NCBI RefSeq assembly: GCF_006345805.1
Contig: NC_043010.1
Coordinates: 61,690,001-61,754,000, forward strand
DNA from: Octopus sinensis
Lineage: Eukaryota
Direction: 5' to 3'
DNA: 64,000 bases
The position numbers and the translations under genes were made by a program. Positions 12,640-24,292 of this stretch are shown one piece after another. Under the pieces are notes generated by a model, which worked only from the letters and a program-made list of their open reading frames with translations, did no database searches and was not told the DNA's origin. Position 1 is the stretch's first letter. Every line of letters starts with the position of its first letter.

Positions 12640-13190
12640 ACTCTGGTGCTACAATGGTCTTTGTCTCCCACTCATAGAAATTTGTGATGATTAAGGAGGG
12701 ACCGAGTCAATACTAGGTTTCAGTCGTGTTAATGGCTACAGCAAAGTTGGGAAGAATTAGCTTGAAGGATTAGTTTGCAGGTGCTGCTTCAAAATAATGG
12801 TTTCTGCACCAAGGGAATTTACAGACTACAAAGAACTGGGTGTTACATGCATGGCTGAATCTTGTTTCCACACGAACCCTTCCTTGCTGAACCAACCATG
12901 ACACTAAATTCCATTTACCATTGTCAGGGGTTTTCTCTCCTGGTCTTAATTCCCTTAACGCCATTCCAAAATTATTGTCTTTGGCTAATTCTGCATTCCA
13001 ATTAGCAATGGCCTCCAAAACTAAATCACTTCAAATTCTTTACCAGCCCCATCCATTTCACCTAAGATCTTAACTGGGTTCCTTGGAAGTTCCAACCCCT
13101 TCCAACCTCCATTATACAACAACCGACCAAATATCTTTTACAAATACCCTTCATTAACTCATATTTTCAGATATCTCGTTATGTGTTTAT
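12640..13190 (-). mobile_element. Possible decayed L1/Tx1-like ORF2 C-terminal fragment
   Basis: The peptide NLVSWLVQQGRVRVETRFSHA...CKFPWC loosely resembles the Tx1 'W+...L....L...CP.C' zinc-knuckle region. Stops lie upstream. Confidence 0.25.
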
Positions 13191-13219
13191 TAGTCATTAA
13201 TTTATTTCTTTATCTTTTT

Positions 13220-13450
13220 TATTTGTTTCAGTCAAGTTGTCAACCTGTGGTGGTGAGGGGGGGGACAAACACAGATACAAAGATACACACAATGGGCTTC
13301 TTTCAGTTTCCATCTACCAGATTCACTCACAAAGCTTCAGTCAGCCCAAAGCTTTAGCAGAATTCACTTACCCAAGGTGCCACACAGTGGGACTGAACCT
13401 GTGACCTTGTGGCTGGGAAGCAAAGTGCAAATCATGCAGCCATGCCTGCT
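13220..13450 (-). mobile_element. SINE S1, partial and diverged
   Basis: It contains 'gggcttctttcagtttcc...cccaaggtgccacacagtgggactgaacc'. Confidence 0.75.
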
Positions 13451-13935
13451 TATATATTCCTTATTTCTATATTTTTTCTTTTCATTTTTAGAGCCGTCCC
13501 AACTTCTCACCCCCAGGCATGCTGTCTCCTCTTTCTGTCTTTTTGACCCCTACTATAATGGTTTCTGTCTCTTGGAGCTGGTTCATTTCATACCTCCACA
13601 ACTCATGTAACTCCTGAGTATTTCCTCCTCCCATTGCCCTTATTGCCTCCAACCCCACCACCTTAACACTAACTACTATGCACAGTCCTTTCTCACCACA
13701 GCATCATCCCTCTGGAATCTTCTCTCTGTCCGTGTCTTTCCTGTCGCTATTGTCTTGCAACGATTTAAACAAAGCAATGAAGACCATGAAACTCACCAGT
13801 CCTGGAAGACCCAGAAAGGTCATGGGCTCTGCTCCTTCTTCATGCCTCAGCGAATAAAACAATAAGAAATTGTTGTGGCATTAGTACTCTATTAAATTCT
13901 TTTACCAACCAGTTGACCATGGCCACAACACATGT

Positions 13936-14040
13936 CAATCACCTGCCCTCTTGAACACGCCCACAAATGCCAATCACCTGGCCTCTTGAACATGCCCACA
14001 AATGCCAATCATCTGGCCTCTTGAATACGCCCACAAATGT
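13936..14040. repeat. 35-bp minisatellite, three copies
   Basis: The unit 'caatcacctg(c/g)cctcttgaacacgcccacaaatgc' starts at 13936, 13971 and 14006. Confidence 0.9.
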
Positions 14041-14841
14041 TAATATTTTGACACTCTTAAGCACAGAACTTATATATAAAGGACTAATCAACTATAGCTG
14101 TTCTGCTTGATGAATTCTCCAGGAACATAACAGATCTAGACATGTAACAGCCGCTAATCACTAAATGTGTGTGTGTGTGTTCACATTAGAAATAACAATA
14201 GAGGAAGAAAAAACCAAGTTTGACAAATAAGATTTCAGCTTTAGTGGAAAGAGAAAGTGCCTTAATGTTTTGGACAATAGTCCTTCATCAGAAAAAGGAA
14301 AAGAGGGGTAAGGGGGAGTAAGAAAGAAAGAGTCAGTGAAAAAGTGGGTCAAGAAGGGAATGCTGTTTGATGAGGTGGGGGGGGGAATAAGAAAGGAGGA
14401 AGGAGCAAGTGAGGGGATACGTAGGCAAGTGTGAATCTGTGTGGAAGTGGGCATAAAAGGGGATGGTGTGTTTGTGCTAGTGTGGTGTATACATATGTAT
14501 GTGTGTATATACACACATTCACAAATGCAAATTCATATATAAATATACAAATATATATACACTTCTAACATATACCAATAATGACATAGTTATATGTAAC
14601 ACTCACACACAAACAGAAGAATATAATACACAAGTGTATACAGGTATCTTTATATACATGCTGAGACTATACACACAGCTGTATATATTTCCTACACACA
14701 GACATTGTGTGTGTGTATATATTCCCCCCCCCCCCACACAATCTTTTACATACAATTACACAGACAAAACACAGAGAAATGTACAATATTTTTACCTATA
14801 ATTACAAACACACCTGTACACATATATAAATTCACAACGCA

Positions 14842-15160
14842 GCTATACACGTTCTGGCTCAGTGGTTAGAGCATCAGGCTCACAATCACGAGGTAGTGAG
14901 TTCAATCCCTGGACCAGGCTCTGAGTTGTGTTCTTGAGCAAGACACTTTATTTCACATTGCTCCAGTTCACTCAGCTGTAGAAATGAGTTGCAACATCAC
15001 AGGTGCCAAGCTGTGTCGGCCCCTTTGCCTTTCCCTTGGATAACATCTGTGGCGTGGAAAGGGGAGGCCGGTCTTCCATAAACAACCTTGCTCAGATTTG
15101 TGCCTCAGAGGGGAACTTTCTAGGTGCATCCCATGGTCAGTCATGACCAAAGGGGGTCTT
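14842..15160 (+). mobile_element. tRNA-derived SINE with a CORE-like central domain
   Basis: It has the A box 'tggctcagtggtt', the B box 'gagttcaatccc' and the core 'gtgttcttgagcaagacact...ccagttcactcagctg'. Relatives lie near 17170-17300, 27495-27720 and 48480-48730. Confidence 0.8.
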
Positions 15161-16070
15161 AACTTTTTTTTTTACACACACTCTCACCTTGGCTGGGTAA
15201 CCATGGACCTCCACTACAGTGTGGCATCTGTTTCTGTCTCTCTGTCACAATCCAACCTTTCAACACCTGACCCAAGACCACCTCCTCCGATGCCCCCTCC
15301 CCTCTCAAAAATTCTTTATCTTGCAAGTTATTTGGTGACCCTGCCACTGCTGTTGCCACATAAAAAGCACCCATTCCATTCTGTGAAGCGGTGAGCATTT
15401 GGAAAAGCATCCAGCTGTAAAAACAATGCCCAAACTGGCTTCACCTGTGCTGGGGTCACATGAAAAGCACTCAGCCCACTCTATGGAGTGGTTAGTGTTA
15501 AGAAGGGCATCCAGCCGTAAAAAACCCTGCCAAAACAGACACAGAAGTCTGGTGCAGTCTTCTGCCTGGTTGGGTCCTGTCAAAGCATCCAACCCATGCC
15601 AGCATGGAAGGTGGACATCAGACGATGATGATGATGATGATGATGACACACAGAAATTTACAATACATTATTATTTATATATTATCACATACACATAGAA
15701 GCTTTTACGTATAATTACACACACACAATTACAACCTCCACACACACATGCACACGCAATCTTTTACACACATTTACATTAAATGGACATAATTGACACC
15801 CACCTCAACAGACCTCACACACACTGAATGCAATTACTCCTTCCCTTACACACACACATGCATGCAGACACACACACACACACACATGCGTATACAAATG
15901 CATTCATGACACACAATCTTTTAAAGTACAATTACATAGAACACAATTACCATTCCCTACACATACACACATATTTATACACACACACACATATATATAT
16001 ATATATACACATATATATACACACATATATATACACACAGATATATATACACAGATATATATACACACAG

Positions 16071-16101
<31 letters not shown>

Positions 16102-16793
16102 CACATATATATACACACATATATACATACACATATATACACACACACACACAAACATCCAATCATATACATATACAAACATAGTCACATAGGTTACAAC
16201 CATTCAGACCCACACAAACAGACTGTCCAAATGACCACTCTGGCAAGCAGCAGCAGCAGCAGTGGTGGTGGTAATGGTGGTAGTAACAGTAGTAACTTAC
16301 CTTCAGGTGGACAGCAGTCTTTGGCCACTGGTCAAGGCAAGACAGGTTTCATGGCTTCTTCTGACAGACCTACAAGACAAAGAGCAGACAACAAAACGGT
16401 TAATGATAGCTTACTTAGAATCTGGTAATCTGCAGGCTTTGCTTCAGACAACACTCGAGACATTTTATTGTCATACACATTAGGAAGAAAATAGTTTTAT
16501 AAACTGCATTTATACATACATACAATATATATATATATATATATATAATTGAGTAGTTGAATGAATTATCTTATTATGGATAATTCGGTTAACCGATACC
16601 TGGGTAGCAAATTCACGTCAGAAAAACACGGTTGAAGCTACATGCCTAGAGCAGAGATCACGTGCTATCGTGTGGAAATTTGTGTGTTTTTTTAAATACA
16701 AATATTAGGAATATGCAGCCTTCGAAACATATGTCGAAAATAAAATAAAGGAATTTTGTTAATTCGTCGTTCAACTCCATTCTTTCATTTATT

Positions 16794-16828
<35 letters not shown>

Positions 16829-16830
<2 letters not shown>

Positions 16831-17150
16831 TCTTTTGCTTGCTTCAGTCATTTGACTCTGGCCATGCTGGAGCACCACTTTTAGTCAAATAAATCGACCC
16901 CAGGACTCATTCTTTGTAAACCTAGTACTTGTTCTATTGGTCTCTTTTTGCCGAACCGCTAAGTGATGGGGATGTAAACATATCAACATTGGTTATCAAG
17001 CAATGGTGGTGGTGGGGGGACAAACACAGACACAAACACATACATACATATATGATGGGCTTCTTCCAGTTTCCACCTACCAAATCCTCTCAGAAGGCTT
17101 TGGTCGGCCTGAGGCTATAGTAGAAGACACTTGCCCAAGGTGCCGTGCAG
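16829..17150 (-). mobile_element. SINE S1
   Basis: Tail and body motifs are present in reverse complement. Confidence 0.85.
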
Positions 17151-17499
17151 GGGGACTGTGTGTGTGTGAAGGTGCATGGCTTAGCGCTTAGGGTGTTGGT
17201 CTCATGGTGGTAAGATTGTCATTTCAATTCCTGGACCAGGCGAGATGTTGTGTTCTTGAGCAAAACACTTCATTTCACATTGCCCCAGTCCACTCAGCCG
17301 GCAAAAAGGAGTCATTCTGTGAGAGAACTGGCTCAAGAAGGAAACATTTATTTTTTTTAATTTCATATCATCATCATCGTTTAAAGTCCGCTTTCCATGC
17401 TAGCATGGATATATATGTATATAAAATTGGTAAAATGTAGACAATAGACATCTACATTGATGGCGCCTTCCATGTTCCAGTAGCTCATAATGGATGATA

Positions 17500-17722
17500 C
17501 CTATTTCTTTACTACCCACAAGGGGCTAAACACAGAGAGGACAAACAAATGGATTAAGTCGATTATATAGATCCTAGTGCGTAACCGGTACTTATTTAAT
17601 CGACCCCAAAAGGATGAAAGGCAGTCGACCTCGGTGGAATTTGAACTCAGAACGTAGCGGCAGACGAAATACCGCTAAGCATTTCGTCCAGCGTGCTAAC
17701 GACTTTGCCAGCGCGCTGCCTT
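17500..17722 (-). mobile_element. SINE S2, full length
   Basis: It is the reverse complement of the 4973 copy. Confidence 0.9.
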
Positions 17723-17744
17723 AAATGATACCTTTTATGTTCTA

Positions 17745-18150
17745 TCAACATGGAGCAAGAATTTTTGTGGATGGAGTTCTGCTTTTGGTGTTGGCACTGG
17801 CCTCTCATTACATGATAACCATTGTCTTTTACATCTTCTGCTGTGATGCAAAACCCATTTTCCGTCACCTGTAATAATGCACAGCAGAAATGACAGATTG
17901 TTATCCCTGGTTAGAAGACTGCTGCAGATGCTGGAATGTTGTGTGTTCGGTCCTCCAGCATAATAAGCTCATGTGGAACCCAAATTCCCACTTTGCCATG
18001 TTTTCCCAATTTGCTTGAGATGTTCAAGGACAGTTGAACATGACTCATTAAATTTTTGCACCAAATCTCTGCTGCTTTGATGTGGATCCAGTACAAAAGT
18101 CTTATTCAAAAATTTGTCATTCAGAATGGGTCGACTTCCAGAGCAAGGCC
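17745..18150 (-). pseudogene. mariner transposase remnant
   Basis: The ORF track shows LGKHGKVGIWVPHEL, containing the mariner WVPHEL signature. Downstream CIITGDGKWVLH matches the first catalytic Asp motif 'IVTGDEKW'. Confidence 0.85.
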
Positions 18151-18400
18151 AACTTTAAATGACACACTGCCAGATAGAAGAGATGGCATACTATTTCTGG
18201 ATAGTTCCAGACCATTCGACCTTGCTTCTGATGAGATTGGTTGATTCATATTTCATAATGGTGGAAAAAGGCAATTACTTTCCAAACACCATAATATATA
18301 TATATATGTATGTATGTATACATACATACATAGAAGATATATATATATAAAAATAGGTAAAGTTGGTGAAATGTATGTATGTATGTATATATATATATAT

Positions 18401-18774
18401 ATTTATAATAAGTGTAGGTCGTATACGAGTGGGTATATATTTATAAAAAAGAAGTTTGAAAACGCCACTATATAAGTCTGCTGCTACTGCCATTTCAGCC
18501 ACTGGTCACTTCCTTAATTTTATTCAAACACATGCTTACTCCCCACAAAAAACCATTACGTGGATTCTTGTTGAGACCAGTAAGAAACAATTATGAACTT
18601 TTTTTTATTACACTTAACTGTTAAAAATATTTTTGATAAGGTTCGTTTTTTCAAGAAGAACCAAAGCATGTAAAATTTCTAAGAAAATTAAAATTTATCT
18701 TATATAGTGGCATTTTCAAACTTCTTTTTTATAAATATATACCCACTCGTATACGACCTACACTTATTATAAAT
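18401..18774. mobile_element. Element with 76-bp inverted arms between (TA)n tracts, probably a PLE inverted tail
   Basis: 18401-18476 is the reverse complement of 18699-18774 with one mismatch. The interior 'gaaacaatt' resembles the hammerhead tail at 22940. Confidence 0.6.
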
Positions 18775-19251
18775 ATATATATATATATACACCTCCTTGA
18801 CAGCCTATCCTGCTTTAGCTCCTTCTCTGAAGATTCATGGTCTTGCAAGCTGCTCAGAAACTTCACTAGTGCTGGTGCCACATATAAAGCAGCCAGCACA
18901 CACTGTAAAGTGGTTGGCACCAGGAAGGGCACCCAGTTGTAGAAACCATGCCAAAGCAGTCAGTGGAACATGATACAGTCCTTTGGGCCTGGCAAATCCT
19001 CTTGAATCATCCAATCTTTGCCAACATGGAACATAGGACTTTATATGATGATGATGATGATGATAATGGTGGTGGTGGTGGTGAGGAGGAGGAGGATCCA
19101 GGTTGATTGTGCAGCATCTTGTGAAAGTGTGTTTAACAATAAACCTGGCCCTACTAAAGTCTTTTGAGTAGATCTGGTAGGCAGAAAATGAAAGAAAGCT
19201 GATGTGTGTGTGTGTCTCTGCATGTGTATGTATATGTGTGTTCATGTGTAC

Positions 19252-19392
19252 ATTTGTTGTTATTTATGCTCTAATGAGTTTAAAGAAATTTTATTTTATA
19301 AGTATGATAATTTACTTAATACTGGTGAAGAGCGCAAAATAAAATGCAGACATAAGTTACTTTACCTATATAATAAGTTTCATGATAAATAG
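19252..19392 (+). pseudogene. C-terminus of a Penelope-like element ORF (end of the GIY-YIG endonuclease region)
   Basis: It reads ICCYLCSNEFKEILFYKYDNLLNTGEERKIKCRHKLLY..*, matching the PLE terminal pattern C-x-L-C-x-x-E...LLN...E...K-C-R-H. It is 5'-truncated at a TG repeat. Confidence 0.75.
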
Positions 19393-22300
19393 TAATAATA
19401 GTTCCCTATTAGGTTACTTTAGTTTAGTTTAAATTAGTTTAGATAATATATTTTTTGGTTATGTAGTCTAGGCTTTAATTATAGTTAGTCTTTATTGATA
19501 TTTCTTTGTTTTAATTAGTTCACTTTTAATGTATATTAATATAACAGTTTATGGTATGTTAAAACTTTAATAATTTATATTAGATTTTTTTATTTTCTTT
19601 ATTTATATATATTTTTTTATTTTTTTTAAAAAATTTTTATTTTATTTTATTATGTATTTTTATTATGCATTTGTTATATGTATTTTGGAGGATATATTTA
19701 TATGTTGATGGGTGTTATTTAGTGGTGTTTTTATTGAGTTTTGTATGTATGTGTGAATGTTTACGATCCCTTTGTTTTTTGTTTTTTATTTGGTATGTTG
19801 AATTGACAGATTTTATTTGGGTATTGTCTGTTATAATAAAGTATACACACCCATAACAAATATAAGTGCCCACTTCATTCGCGCGTACCTGGAATTGCAT
19901 GTGAGCCTCAACATATACCCAAACGGCCACTCCCGCCCTATACGGACAAATAAACACATACATCCCCAAAAATGGGCGTAATCCCACTCACACCAATCAT
20001 ATGTATACAATTATACACACTAGAATAATACATAACTAACCCAAATATACAGAACATATTAAAAATCACCAACAAACCACCATCACAAATGAAACCTACA
20101 CCAACATACAATGACAAAACTCCCCCCTCTATACCCAATTTACACCCACATAGCAATCCCAATATATTCATCCATACATGGACGCACGTGCGTGAAGCAC
20201 ATGCACACAATAAATACGTACAACCCCCCAATACACACTCATATACATACGTATCAAGCTCGACATCCACAGCAATACGCTTACACCCACTCACACCCAG
20301 ATGGGTGAATTGCACAACCAGGGAACGCACACACACACGTGTGCGTATTTTGATTGTGCAACTCGCCCATATGCATGTATGCGGGCGCGATTACATTGTT
20401 GCACATATTGAGCCCAACTAGCATGCATATGTACATGTGAGGGGGTACACGTACATGCCGTGCGCGTGTACCCCCTGCATTTATACCCGTGCGTGAATAT
20501 ACACATGGAGACTACCACACAGGTACAAATGTGTATAGTAATGGGAGCCCCATCACTACACTCAATGTATACTCTCACCCATCCGCACGGATTGAAAGCG
20601 AATCTCCGGTGTATATGTTGAGGCTTATATGTAGCGCTGTGGAGTTGAACGTCGTTGAAATTGTGAATGAATGGGTGGAGTTGGGAATTGTAACCGGGTG
20701 GTGGGCTAGCGTTGCTTGGAATTGGGAATGAATAGTGTAGTAGTAAGGCAGGTATCGAGAATAGATATGGGTTACTGCAAGTTGTTTGTTAGAGCTGCTA
20801 AGATGAGCTAAAGCTCATAATTGTATATAATAATTTATTATGGTAGTTTTATTAAAGAATCCATTCATAATAAATTTTTTTTAAGTAGTGTTGGTTTGCC
20901 ACGTGGATATAGTTTTTAGTTCCATTTATTCTATTTCTCCATTCATAATTTTAAATGACGTTTACTTTCCATGGCGCGTATTCTTTTTTACATAAGTTAT
21001 ATTTCTATGGTAACGTAATTTTGGTTTGGTTTTTTTAACGGCTAAGAATTTAAGTTCACTTCATAATTTGAAACTGACTTGTAAGTATGTATTTTATTTC
21101 TCCTTATGTCATATTGTTATTTTGATATTCTGGTTAATTACGATGTATTTAATGTTGTTTTTTATTGGAGTGTTTATGTATATGAGATTGTGTGTGAGTT
21201 TTTAGTTGTATAATTTATTTATCTGTATGAGTGTGGGTGTGTAAATATTGTTGTATATATCGAGTTTAGTGAGTATGTATATGCGTATATGTGAGGGAGT
21301 ATATGTATCTGTTGTGTGTGTGTGTTTTGCGTGTGTGTGTGTTTGTGTGTGAATGTGTATATGGGTTTGTTATTTAGGTTTTGGGATGTATGTGTTAATT
21401 TGTCTGTGTGGGGAGGGAGTGGGTTTTTGGTGTATATTGAGGTTTATAAGTTAGTATAGGTATGTGTATAAGTCGTGGGTCTGTGGTTTACGTGTGTGTT
21501 TTTTGTGTGTGAATGTTTAGGTTAGGGGGATTGCTATATAGGTTTGTTATAGAGTTTAGCAAAGGGAGATTTTATCGTTATATGTTTTTAAGAGTTTTGG
21601 TTTATCATGGTTTTTTTAGGGAATTCGTGGTAATTTGTCTATTTTCGATGTTGGTTGTTTTATTACATTGTTTCATTCATAATTTTTGAGTGGTGTTCGT
21701 TTTGCCACGTGAATATTATTTTTAATTCCATTTATTCCATTTCTCCATTCATAATTTTAAAAGATGTTCGTTTCCAGAGCGGTTATACTTTTATACATAT
21801 GTTAAGTTCCTTGGTAAAGTAATTTTGTTTGGTGTATATGTTGAGGCTTATATGTACTTGTGGGTGTGTGTGAGTGGGGTGGGTGTTTGTATTTGTTATG
21901 GGTGTGTGGTTTACGTGTGTGTATTTGTGTGTGAATGTATAGGTTAAAGGGATTGCTATATAAGTATGTTATAGTGTTTAGTAAAGGGAGGTTTTATCAT
22001 TTATGTTTTGTGAGTTTTAGCTTATCATGGTAGTTTTATAAAAGAATCCATTCATAATTTTTGTGTTTATTTGTCTGTGTGGGGTTGAGTGGGTTTTTGG
22101 AGTATATGTTGAGGTTTATATGTATGTATAGGTATGTGTAAGTGGTGTGGGTATTAGTATATGTCGTGGGTGTGTGGTTTATGTGTGTGTATTTGTGTGT
22201 GAATGTTTAGGTTAGGGGGATTGCTATATAGGTATGTTATAGAGTTTAGTAAAGGGAGATTTTATCATTATATGTTTTTATGAGTTTTGGTTTATCATGG

Positions 22301-22912
22301 TAGGTTTGTTAAGGAATTCGTAGTAATTTGTGTCTATTTGCGATGTCTGTTGTTTTATTGCATTGTTTCATTCATATTTTTAAGTAGTGTTCGTTTTACC
22401 AAGTGAATATAATTTTTAATTCCATTTATTCCATTTCTCCGTTCATAATTTTAAGTGATGTCCGTTTTCTAGAGTGTGAATGTGGGTTGTATGTGTGTGT
22501 GTGTGGGAGTATGAATAAGTATTGTGTTGAAGTATTTAGCTATTTTATTTATAGTTGCCTAGACGTTTTTATGTGTATGTATAGGGATATATATATAGGG
22601 GTGTGATTTAGTGTATGTAGTTAGATATGGTTATATATAATTAGGTATATGTGTATGGGTGTATATATAGTTTATTATATTATTATTATATTTTTTTGTT
22701 TTGTTTTATATTTTATATTTTTTATTTTATATTTTATATTTTATATTTTATATTTAATTGTTGATAGGTTTATTTTAGTTTATATATTGTTTATATATTG
22801 ATTATATATAGGTTATATATGGATTATATATTTATATTTTTTCATTCATACTTTAATTATTTTAAAATTATTATTTTTATATTCTAAAATATTGATATTT
22901 TAGATTGGAAGT

Positions 22913-22955
22913 CCACCTGAAGATTGTCGATCAAGACAAGAAACAATTGTAGTGG
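22913..22955 (+). ncRNA. Minimal type I hammerhead ribozyme, intact consensus
   Basis: Layout: CCAC / CTGAAGA / TTGTC-GATCAA-GACAA / GAAA / C-AATT-GTA / GTGG. Predicted cleavage is after GUA at 22951, and stem III is palindromic (ACAATTGT). Confidence 0.8.
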
Positions 22956-23133
22956 CGGTTTTTTTGACTATTTATTAAAATTTTATGTATTGATTAAGTC
23001 TTTCCTTGTTTGTTTTGTAAAATAGTGGTTTTGTCTCTAATAATATTTTATAATATTTTACTATAAAATTGGATTTAATCCTAAATCTGATTTTTTCCCT
23101 GTAAATTTGGATTTATTCCCTAATATTTATTAT

Positions 23134-23160
<27 letters not shown>

Positions 23161-23165
<5 letters not shown>

Positions 23166-23972
23166 GACCCACACACACGCACATGGTTTCAATCAACGGA
23201 ACAGCCTGCTCACGAAGTGAACATTCAAGTGGCCGAGTACTCCACAGACACATGTACCCTTAACAACAGTTGTCAGGGTACAACTCATTTTTGCCAGTTG
23301 AGTGGACTGGAGCAACATGGAATAAAGTGTTCCGCTCAAGGACATAACACACTGCCAGGAAAGATAAACAGACTTTTGGTGTAAACCCGTCCACATCATG
23401 TTAGTGAGCTCCATATCTCAATAGAGGAGTCATGTCTCCTCAGACAGCAAAATACCCTGAGAGGAGTTTGGCCCCTTCCAATAGAACCCCACAGTTTCAT
23501 ATGTGATTTCTATGCAACACACTCCTCCCCAGCTTATCAGTTCTTCCAATCTGTGCAAGATTATTGCCCTCAACCTCTTGTCCTTTTATTACGTATTTCA
23601 TTAATGTTTCCCTTGGTCGGTGGATCTCCATTATTTGTGTCTGTGTCACGTTAGAGGAGTTCCATTCCAAGTGTGAAACCTATGGCTGACATTGTGCTCC
23701 CAGCTGCACTTCCTGCCTTCATAAAGGTCCATACCGCATTGCTGTGTAGACCTTTATGGTAAAGCACATCGAGGACTGGCAGTAAATAAAAAATACAAAC
23801 TGAATTTACTCAGGTACAAGATGTACCCCTAATTTAGGGCTAAATCTTGACACGAAGTTCTTTCCCATCATAGATTGAGCTTTGACCCATGTATAAGTCA
23901 AACCCTAGATTTTACAGCTAAAATCAAGCATAAAATAGAGACTTATATACACAAGTAAATACAGTGTATATG

Positions 23973-24009
<37 letters not shown>

Positions 24010-24229
24010 CTATATAGACATCTTTTTATTTTATTTTTTTTTTTACTTGTTTCAGCCATTTGACTGCGGCCATGCTGGAGCACCGCCTTTAGTTGAGCAA
24101 ATCGACCCCGGGACTTATTCTTTGTAAGCCAGTACTTATTCTATCGGTCTCTTTTGCCGAACCGCTAAGTGACAGGGACGTAAACACACCAGCATCGGTT
24201 GTCAAGCAAAGCTAGGGGGACAAACACAT

Positions 24230-24292
<63 letters not shown>

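Larger units (their letters stand above)
19252..23135 (+). mobile_element. 5'-truncated Penelope-like element with a very long 3' region
   Basis: The ORF end at 19392 and the hammerhead at 22913 are on the same strand. The terminal tail 'aaattggatttaatcctaaatctg...ttccctaatattt' runs into (TA)n, and a related tail lies near 44980-45040. Confidence 0.6.

Noticed and set aside
16715-16745. Hammerhead 3' half 'gccttcGAAACATATGTC'
   Set aside because: The upstream CTGANGA and the 5' strand of stem II are missing, so it is at most a truncated tail.
19400-22900. Mitochondrial insertion (NUMT or control region), suggested by AT richness and G/T skew
   Set aside because: I found no recognisable mitochondrial gene, rRNA or tRNA. 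The block is bracketed by a PLE ORF end and a PLE hammerhead. A BLAST against the mitogenome would settle it.
23595-23780. Minus-strand exon-like segment within the duplicated unit
   Set aside because: It has acceptor- and donor-like ends, but all three frames contain stops. The resemblance to a piggyBac or LINE peptide is too weak to call.
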